The position numbers and the translations under genes were made by a program. The notes below the pieces were generated by a model. The model saw nothing but the letters and a program-made list of their open reading frames with translations. It did no database searches and was not told where the DNA came from. A stretch of 64,000 nt of DNA. Source: Octopus sinensis. Its lineage: Eukaryota. Where the stretch lies: positions 10,292,001 through 10,356,000 of the forward strand of contig NC_043005.1 of the NCBI RefSeq assembly GCF_006345805.1, given 5' to 3'. This document shows, in pieces, positions 54,815-64,000 of the stretch. Numbering within the stretch: the first letter of the stretch is position 1; every line of letters starts with the position of its first letter.

Positions 54815-55043
54815 GGGGCACTCCTTTGGTTACGACGATAAGGGTCCCAGCTGATACGATCAATGGAACAACTTGCTTGTGGAATTAACGTGCAAGTGGC
54901 TGAGCACAGACACGTGTACCCTTAATGTAGTTCTCGAGGAGATTCAGCGTGACACAGAGTGTGACAAGGCTGGCCCTTTGAAATACAGGTACAGCAGAAA
55001 CAGGAAGAAAGAGTGAGAGAAAGTTGTGGTGAAAGAGTACAGC
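54815..55043 (-). mobile_element. SINE family C, 3' half
   Basis: Reverse complement of ~32973-33205. Confidence 0.85.
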
Positions 55044-56321
55044 ACGGAATACCTTTGGTTGTAGGTCTGCTTAAACAAGGAAAGCAACAACAATTTACGA
55101 TATTCTCATACTCTGATTCTAACTACTGGACTGTGTTCCTACTGGTTCACAACCATTAAATGTTAAAACGCTGGGTGAAACACTTTCATATTTTTGTACA
55201 TTTTTTTTTAATTTCCTAAATTTGATAATGACTCAGTGTATTGAAATATTTACTTAAAGAGCCAGACTTATCAATTAATGGGACTCCATTTCCATAAAAT
55301 AAAATTGTTTTTAGCTATATGTCCTAAATTTCTCTGTGTAATGTAAATAGTATGATAGCCATCTATGATCAATAAAATCTCTACTCAAAACACACTGTCT
55401 GCTTGATTGGATTACATGATCAAATCTATGGTGATCATAACACCAACAAATATTCAATATCAACACTGACTCATGCTACTGTTGCTTGCTATGCTGATTC
55501 CATTTTCTCCTGATGTTCAATGTTTTTATTTATTTATTTATTTACTTTTTTAAAGTATTGGGTTGATAATATGAGATCCATTACTTCCTATTCATATGTG
55601 ATGGCTGGTAAACATTATATCAACCCTTATATTAATCTTTTGGGCTGTTAAAGAGTTTGTATGTTAATTGGATGTTCAACCTGGCAGAGTAAATCCCCAT
55701 CTCTTATGAACAGAAGGATGATAATGAAAAGGGAAGCAAAACAAGCAAAAACAAAAACAAAAAAACTACTGAATACAACAAGTACAACAGACCTATCAAT
55801 CTACAATGCTAAACTATAAGTGAAGTTTTTCTCAAATATTTGTCTAGTAATTCAAATAGAATCTATTGATTAGGAATTCTCTACAACAGAAATCATTGGT
55901 TCTAATAAGATATTCTATAAGAAGAATGATATCCTGAAGAGAAATTTGTTTCATCATTATATACTACAAACAATGTCTTCTAAAATAAGTAAAGGTTTTG
56001 TTTTTGCATTAAACATTAGCCATGAGCCAGAAATAGCAGAGACCAAAAATAGTTTATATAAATCCATAATTACAGCCAACTTATGCAAATGCAAGTTTTT
56101 ATGTGCAAATTTAATGTCTATTTTCTTTCCAAAGGATTCTCAATCATTTGTTAGTGATAATCTATGAAACCACATCCATTTGTAACCTTCTCTTAAATAA
56201 CCCATCTCTCTCTCTCTCCATCTCCTTGGATATACACACCAACATGTATACATATATGCATGTATGCATTCAGACAGACATGCATGCATATACACACATA
56301 CATATCTATCTACATGTGTTG

Positions 56322-56372
<51 letters not shown>

Positions 56373-56429
56373 ACATCTATATATATGCAATATGTATGTT
56401 GGTGAAATAAACATCAGAGATGCTTTGCT

Positions 56430-57293
56430 CCATGCAGAAATTGCAGGAGTTACTTGGTGACACTGCAAGCTCTCCTAGCAGTGGCTAAAACTATTGCCTT
56501 GTAGGAATCTCTTCTTTGTAATCTGGAGGTGTATGAGTCTTACAAGCTTTTTAACCCTTAGCCTATACACTTCACTTGTGTAGTGCAGCAAAGACTGAAG
56601 TTACCTTCACTTGTGGAAGGGTTCTATCTGTAGTCTCTTGTCAACTATAGCTAACTTGAACTAGTTATACCTATATTTGTCATACCTATATTTATGGTAT
56701 AACCTTCAGTCCTTTGGTTTCTAAATGAATCTTCTGCAGGAAATAGACATTGCCATATGGCAATATCTGTAAGGACCTTGTCAGACCCCTACTTGTCTCA
56801 GTCTTCCTCCAATGTCCTAGAACATCCAGTTGAAATGTGGTTCAGGATACAAAGAGTTTCTCCACATTTGTTTGCAGGATGGGTCTTCTTCATTGCTCCA
56901 TATTTTAAGGTTATTTGTAGTTGGCAAGAGGACATTTTCCTTGGTCAATACTCCAGTTTCCTCCAGGACAATAGGTGATCAAGTACCTGGCTCAATGGGT
57001 GCTTGAATGACTCAGACTACTCCGACAATCTCCTTGTATCTCCAGTATGTTTCCCTTCTTTCACATGTGTGCTACACTTTATGGTCTTGTTGGCATATCC
57101 AATTCCCTCATCACTTCAGATAGTAGTAACGTGCTGACTGCTCTTATCTTGGTGGCTTTGAATTCTTCCACTACTGATGAAATTGGTTAGTAGAGCTTGA
57201 AGGTTTTGCTGTATAGTTTTGACTGAGCTGAAATTTGGGGAAATGTCCAGCCACCTTCTTTATTTGCTACCCAAACTCTCCATTGTCTACATC
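56430..57293 (-). mobile_element. Decayed HERO-type non-LTR retrotransposon fragment (restriction-like endonuclease class)
   Basis: Frameshifted translation: RRWLDISPNFSSV / LYSKTFKLY*PISSVVEEFKATKIRAVSTLLLS / LLPTTNNLKIWSNEEDPSCKQ / CGETLCILNHISTGC (CCHC knuckle) / DKVLTDIA. Confidence 0.7.
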
Positions 57294-58489
57294 CCAATCA
57301 CGGCTAAGACATATATCAAGAATATGCTATACCGGATCATTGAAAAATTAAAATTTTCTTTTCTTTTAACATAAATCTTTCATTTGTTATGGTTAATCTC
57401 TGTTCCGTCTCTTAGAATGGATTGTATTTTATCTTCATGGAGATTATATGTTCTTGCTTAAGACTACTACTACATCAGAGAATGAAACTGATGTCTCTTT
57501 TCATCTCAGAGTATAATTTAAGTACTATCCTATTGAATGACTAAAATGTTGAAGTATTTTGTTGAAGTGTTTTACTGTTTAGCCCTAAATATATCATTGA
57601 TCCAGGAGATCTACAAGCATAACCATCCTAGTAATGGCCATCCCAATTTCTTTTAGATACAGCATATCTAAGACTACATTATACATAATATCTTCCCTTC
57701 TTTAAAATAAAGGGATGTGATCTGTTGGTCATTTAGCTGCCGTTCTCTTGCTGGTGAAGTTTTTCTGTGGGCTTTTGATTTTGATGGAGATGCTGAATTT
57801 AGAAAAAAAAAGATTTTCTCCACATCATAATGTCATAAGTTCTTTAATTTGGAGCTCTAGTTAAATATAAACATTCTTGGGGTGTACCTGTTTACCAAAT
57901 GTATTGGTGCATGTTTGTATTAGAACTGAAACAACTGTACCACTCTACTATTAGCAGTGCCAGTGGCCAGTTTGTGCATGTGTTGCAAAAGACTTTGATA
58001 ATAATATATTAATGTTACAGAATACTAATAAAATAAAAGTGATGATATGCTTGTGATTTTAACGACTACATTGACTTCACTACAATGTATTTGTAAATAC
58101 AAATTCTTAAGGAGATATTAACATTAATCTGTAGTCAAGTTAGAAAGTAGGGTGACCATAGCTGATGAGCTAGAAAATGGTTAAATGATTTAGAACATAT
58201 GGAATTAATTATTAGGTATTATAATTATAAGATATAGGTATTATAATTATAAGATTAGTAAATGCTTTGCAGTATTTATTCCAACTATTCTGAGTTTAAA
58301 TATGACTGAGGATAACTTTGCCATTCAACTTTTCTGGTTTGATAAGTATTGGAGTTGATGTAATCAGCTAATCCCTTCCATTTGAACCTTGTAGGCCTTG
58401 TGTTTAAATTGGAAACAAAAGATATCTGTTCTCTCACCTTCATTGCACTTGGTATTTTTTATTCTTTTTAATAAGATAATCAGAGTAGG

Positions 58490-59405
58490 AAAGGCCATGC
58501 AGCTGCTTCACATATCATTTGGATTGATGCGGTTAATGTTCATTTCAACATATATAAGTTGGTGTTTGAAAGAAAAATGTGTAGGAAGGGAATTTCAGAA
58601 GATTGCTGTTCAAGGGAGGAAGGATTGGGTAAAATGTGTAGTACTGTGTTTAGGACATGAAACTCAAAAATTAAGAGGGTTGACTGGAGGAGAAAAGATA
58701 GTGGAGTTAGTTCTCCTGAGTGAAGAAGGCATGTCCTTAGTTTATTCAAATAAGCAGAAACTATATGAATAATGAACTAAGAGGCGCAGAAGTGGCTGTG
58801 TGGTAAGTAGCTTGCTTACCAACCACATGGTTCTGTGTTCAGTCCCACTGCGTGGCATCTTGGGCAAGTGTCTTCTACTATAGCCTCAGGCCGACCAAAG
58901 CCTTGTGAGTGGATTTGGTAGACGGAAACTGAAAGAAGCCCGTCACATATATGTATATATATATATATATATGTGCGTGTGTGTTTGTGTGTCTGTGTTT
59001 GTCCCCCTAGCATTGCTTGACAACCGATGCTGGTGTGTTTACGTCCCCATCACTTAGCGGTTCGGCAAAAGAGACTGATAGAATAAGTACTGGGCTTACA
59101 AAGAATAAGTCCCGGGGTCGAGTTGCTCGACTAAAGGCGGTGCTCCAGCATGGCCGCAGTCAAATGACTGAAACAAGTAAAAGAGTAAAAGAGAGAGTAA
59201 GACACAATAAGCACAGAACACTGATTCACAGAATCTGCCTGTGAACCAGTGGTTGATGCTGTTTGGTGTTGAAATTTTGCCAATCTATCAGTTGTGCTTC
59301 TTCTAGATGTAGTCTGAGAGTCTGTGTGTACAACAGTATCAGCTGCAGAATCCCATGGATACGAATAATACTCCACTATGAATCTTACTTGAGTTTTATG
59401 CAACA
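58490..59405 (-). mobile_element. Decayed Jockey/CR1-group LINE 3' fragment, split by a SINE
   Basis: LHKTQVRFIVEYYSYPWDSAA ... QPLVHR ... FTQSFLP*TAIF*NSLPTHIF. Confidence 0.75.
58783..59197 (+). mobile_element. SINE family A, full length
   Basis: Near-identical to other A copies; possible TSD taaga. Confidence 0.92.
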
Positions 59406-60199
59406 TGTCTTTTTTATCAAGTCATTATAAATCAGCTCTTGAATACAACAATGGCTGAATGGTTCTTGGGTCCCTGTCAGAGAGATTGAACATGTAAATT
59501 AAAGATTTATATATTGTATCATGCTGATTCAGTTTGAGAATAGCATAGCATAAAGAGTTGCTTGCATGCTAATTCAGGTAATTCGGTTGTTTCAACAGCT
59601 GAATTCTTGTAATCAAAACTGACAGGGATACACTCTTTTTACAAATCAGCTCACTAAACACATTGTACTTTAATATAACAGAATGTTTATTATAGTAGTT
59701 ACTGCTAAAACCTTTTCACTTGGAGTCAATAAGGGAGCCTCTGCTTGATTGCTATATTTACCAGAAACAACATCCAAATCTTCCTCCAAATCATGCTTTA
59801 CAATCTTAAAACTGGGAGGAAACATCAAGCAAACAGTCTTAGATACACTATTCCTAGAAAACAAAGCTGGGATGGTTATGACTTGAATACTCTTGATCAT
59901 GAGCCTTCTGAATCAGTGCTGACTTCTGTAAATATTTTTTAACAGTGCTTTTTTTCTCTTCTTGCCAGGTGCTTCTCTAGCTATATATTTCTTTTAATTT
60001 AACTGGTTATGCTAACTTCTACACAGCAATATTTTTCTGTTGTTTAGTCCCAGATCAGTCCTTATCAAACAGGTTATTGATGAAAGACAAAACAGTCGTG
60101 ATTGTCCTGCCATTTTGTATATTGGGGACTACATTGTCCACTGCATCTTCCCTTTTTTAATACTCTTGTGCATCTTCTCTTTTTTAATACACTTGTGGG

Positions 60200-61663
60200 G
60201 CAAGTCTTGACAGAGCCTCAATTCTGCTGAGAAAGACAAGTCTTCACAAGTACAGCATATTACTATCCATCTTGGTTTCTCATCATCCTTTCTGAGAGAC
60301 ATCTTGAGGTCATTCTTCACCGCTTCATCCCACATTTTCCTAGGTCTTCCTCTTCCACAGGCTCCTCATCTATCTGCATCACACGACCATACCAGCACAG
60401 TCTTCTCTCCTGTGCACATATGATGCCTCTTATGGCCAATTTCTCTCTCAGCACATTTGTTCATTGTTGTACATGCTCACTGATGTTGCACATCCATTGG
60501 AACATACATGTTTCATTTCTCTCTAGTCTCCACATATCCTCTGCATTACAGTCCATGCTTCACAACCATGTAGCATTGCTGGTCATACAGAGGCATTATA
60601 TATCTTCCTTTCACTTTGAGAAAGAGACCTTTTGTTATCAACAGAAGTAAAAGCTCTTTGAAGTTTCTCCAGCCAGTTCTTATTCTAGCAACTATACTTT
60701 CATAGCATCTTTCTCCACTGATGTCTTGCAAACAACTTGCACATGCAAGTGCTACCAGTTAAAAGCTCCGTATACCGGAAGCTAGCAAGTGTATCGGGTC
60801 ATCAGGAGAGAATGCGCGCTGTTTCGGGGCCTACCTCTCGACGGTATCAATGCTCACTGATATGAGGCCCCGCTTGCTAGATCAGCTGGTTATGAAGAAC
60901 TCAATATACTTCTAGCCATCGCTCATCGTCTCTTTTTAACCAAATCCAGTGGCTAGCCTTCTCTACTGTAGATTGGATATCAGTCATGGATCACTTAGAT
61001 AACATAATCTATCTACTAGTACTACCTAAACCTCCTGGACATTCCAGAATATCTATTTCTTGTGTGCTCTTATTATTTATTATTCCTGCTCATCTGCCGC
61101 AAACAGATTCCACTTTCCTGTGATTCCCCTGCACCCCCTATGTGCCCATAGTTATTAGATTACTGAGTAAACATACAGAACAAAGCCATTTACTCAAAGG
61201 GGTTAGTATCCTGTATGTTTTTCTGGTAACTAGAACTGTGCTTTAAGTTAACTTTAAGACCCTTTGATTCCAGGTTTTGCTTCTACACCAGGAATTCCAT
61301 TTCTAATTCTACTACTGTTTCAGCTATAAGAACAAGGTCATTGGCACTGAGGGCTTCCCATGGGCAACTAGTCTTAAGTTCTTTTATTATGTCCTGAAGG
61401 ACTGATAAACAGGAGGGGACTGATAAACAGGAGGGGACTGATAACTGAGCCCTGACGATCTCCTATCTTCATACTAAATTCATCATTGTATTCATTGTTA
61501 ACTCTCACTTTGCTGGCAGCATCCTTGTACATGGCTTGCATAGCAGTTACTAGTCATTCATCTACTTCTGGCTTCCATGGTAACCACCAGATGTGGGAGC
61601 GAGGCACCCTGTCAAAGGCTTTCTCCTGGTCAATGAATGTTTAAATACATTGGTTTGCTTTTT
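60200..61663 (-). mobile_element. Dead RTE LINE reverse-transcriptase region
   Basis: EKAFDRVPRS, QGSVISPLLF, YADD decayed to SAND, Cys/His insert (WLCSVC...WAHRGC...VCGR), VDRLCYLSD, ESIVARIRTGWRNFKELL. Confidence 0.88.
60729..60989. other. ~261-bp structured, CpG-rich insertion of unknown class inside the RTE
   Basis: The LINE frame CYLSD|QDISGERC rejoins when this segment is removed. It contains several nested 7-8 bp inverted repeats. Confidence 0.75.
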
Positions 61664-62022
61664 TATGAAGTTATTTTATGATATAAACAAACAAAAACAG
61701 TTCTATTTTTTTTCATGTGATTGCACATTTATGCAGGGAAATATGATAGAATATTTATTTGGAAACTGAAATTATGCACAATTCTTCACTTTAGAGTTAA
61801 AAAAATAATACATTATATAATGAAATTTTAATGGTAAAACTGTGACAGTGAAAAGTACTTCACCATAATAAAGGCAAAGTTGTGTAGTAAGTAGTTGGCT
61901 TCCCTACCACATGGTTCTAGGTTCAGGTTACTACATGACAACTTGGGTGTCTTTTCCTATAGCCCTGGACTGACCAAAGCCTTGTGTGTGCATTTAGTAG
62001 ACAGAAAAGGAAAGAAGCCCAT

Positions 62023-62455
62023 TTTATCATCATCATCAAAATTTAATGTATGTTTTCCATTCTGGCATGGGTTGGACAGCTTGACAGAAACTGGCAAAGC
62101 CAGGGCCCACACTAGGTTCCATAGTCTGTTTCAGCTTGGTTTCTGCAGCTGGGTGCCCTTCCAAATGCCAACCACTTTACAGAGTGTTCTGAGTGCTTTT
62201 CACATATTACCATTACCAGTGCTTTTTATGTGGCACCTTGGTTTTAGGATATCAGTTCTATTGTGGTGAGCAGGCCTTCCTGAATACAGCAATGTGCCAC
62301 ATATCTCATTCTTCTGTCATCTCCTTTGTAAGGCTCAGTGTTTTGAGATAAGCCTTCAATACTGTGTCCCATGTTTTCCTGGGTCTCCCTCTCCCACAAC
62401 TTGCTTCCACTTTAAGTGATTGGCACTTCTCTATGCAACTGTCTCATCCATGTAT
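62023..62455 (-). mobile_element. Diverged RTE end plus family D 3'UTR
   Basis: Colinear with 53451-54020. Confidence 0.75.
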
Positions 62456-63166
62456 TCCAGTATTTTCTCATCTTCTTAATGTTCTAAGTTTGAATTTGAA
62501 AAACTATATATTTAAAATTAGCAAGAGTAGGAAAATTAACAATAATGAGCAGACTTGTCTTTCTCGTGTGAAATTTTCTACGATGCTTTTTGATGCATCG
62601 ATTTATCCTCAGTTTGGTTTCCATTGGGAGTTCGAGCCCTTAAGATTATAAAGACATGCAAAATGAATCAACTTAATTTTGTATTGATCAACAAAAAGAT
62701 AATAGCGCAAGTAACATTTATGTGATGGCCTTGAAGGTGGCCGTAGTGATGATGAAGATGGTGTTGGTGTCTGTAATAATATCTAACCTCCCAGATCTGT
62801 AACAGCCATTGGGAAAATTCAAAACCTCTGTGCAAGTGTTATGTTGTGGCCTGAAGCAATAAACTTGGGCAATGTGAGGAATATATAATGAAATCATCGA
62901 TTCTCTTCATCATCACAAGTAATTCAGTTTTTTAAGAAAATCATCATCATCATCATGATTACCATCACCACTACTACCAAAACCTTAATAAATGAAGGAT
63001 AAAACCTCTATGTGGTTTCACAAACTGATAGAAATAACTTCCAATTGTCCTTTAAACCAGCATCTATAATTTTAAAGAAACTACAGCCACATTAAATAAT
63101 GGAGTCCTACCTACAATATTTAAGTTGCTGATAACATATTTAATTCAAGGCGCATTGATAAACATA

Positions 63167-63570
63167 GGCGCAGGAATGGCTGTGTGGTAAGTAGCTTGCT
63201 AACCAGCCACATGGTTCCGGATTCAGTCCCACTGCGTGGCACCTTGGGCAAGTGTCTTCTACTATAGCCTCAGGCCGACCAATGCCTTGTGAGTGGATTT
63301 GGTAGACGGAAACTGAAAGAAGCCCGTCGCATATATGTATATATATATATATATGTGTGTGTGTGTTTGTGTGTCTGTGTTTGTCCCCCTAGCATTGCTT
63401 GACAACCTATGCTGGCGTGTTTATGTCCCTGTCACTTAGCGGTTCAGCAAAAGAGACTGATAGAATAAGTACTGGGCTTACAAAGAATAAGTCCTTGGGT
63501 CTAGTTGCTCGACTAAAGGTGGTGCTCCAGCATGGCCGCAGTCAAATGACTGAAACAAGTAAAAGAGTAA
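63167..63570 (+). mobile_element. SINE family A, full length
   Basis: Near-identical to other A copies. Confidence 0.92.
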
Positions 63571-63762
63571 CTGAAACTAATTATATAGTGAGAAAATAAA
63601 AATGTTTCTAAATAACTATTATTATTTTAAATGTTTTGTCTGATATGACAGACAATGCTAGAAATGTTTAGTTTTATTATAACTTTATCATCAAAGTATT
63701 GACTTTCTTTGCTTGATGAAAATAATAAAAAGACAGGATTGTCATGGCTGAACTGTGTCTAG

Positions 63763-63981
63763 CTTTAGCATTTAAACCGGCCATATCCGGCCAAAAGTAT
63801 TCTGCCTGTTTTATGTTCAAACTGGCCAGATCTGATCTCTCACACCAACCCTACAATATCGTTTTAAAAATTAACAGCTGCCTTATCAAAATCTCAAAGC
63901 TACCAGATAATGCATGATTAATTCAAAGCAATGAGGATGAAAAAGAATTAGTTTTGGTAGAATAATGCGAACACTAAAGGG
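63763..63981. mobile_element. piggyBac-type MITE P1, diverged, left TIR damaged
   Basis: Colinear with 1038-1256; ends ctaaaggg|TTAA. Confidence 0.85.
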
Positions 63982-64000
63982 TTAAATCAGGGCTGATGTG

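Noticed and set aside
60795-60871. HDV-like ribozyme, RNase MRP or solo-LTR identity for the insertion
   Set aside because: P1/P3-like stems exist but J4/2 and P2 do not fit. The MRP-like motifs are in the wrong order. TG...CA ends lack a matching TSD.
60901-60987. 28-aa minus-strand ORF MTDIQSTVEKASHWIWLKRDDERWLEVY in the insertion
   Set aside because: Length is expected by chance and no motif is recognised. Worth rechecking only if homologues conserve it.

Overview
AT-rich, CpG-depleted, repeat-dense eukaryotic DNA, probably intronic or intergenic. The SINE set and the (TA)n/(CA)n/(CATA)n/(CAT)n load point to an octopus (coleoid cephalopod) genome; this is recognition from memory, not a database search. 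No intact protein-coding gene is visible. Almost all listed ORFs are artefacts of microsatellites or SINEs, and only a few isolated exon candidates remain. The window holds at least four tRNA-SINE families and an RTE 3'UTR-derived family. It also holds dead LINE fragments (RTE, CR1-like, Jockey-group, and a HERO-type restriction-like-endonuclease element), piggyBac/hAT/mariner MITEs, a non-autonomous Helitron and a Helentron-like unit. The main signals are: (1) two unrelated mini-elements sitting in (TA)n tracts, each carrying a minimal type I hammerhead ribozyme on the minus strand with the same U4C core variant; (2) a ~261-bp GC/CpG-rich, nested-stem insertion of unknown origin that cleanly splits an RTE reverse-transcriptase frame (60729-60989); (3) an in-phase 37-bp minisatellite with a 3-unit higher-order period; (4) fold-back palindromes centred on (TA)n.
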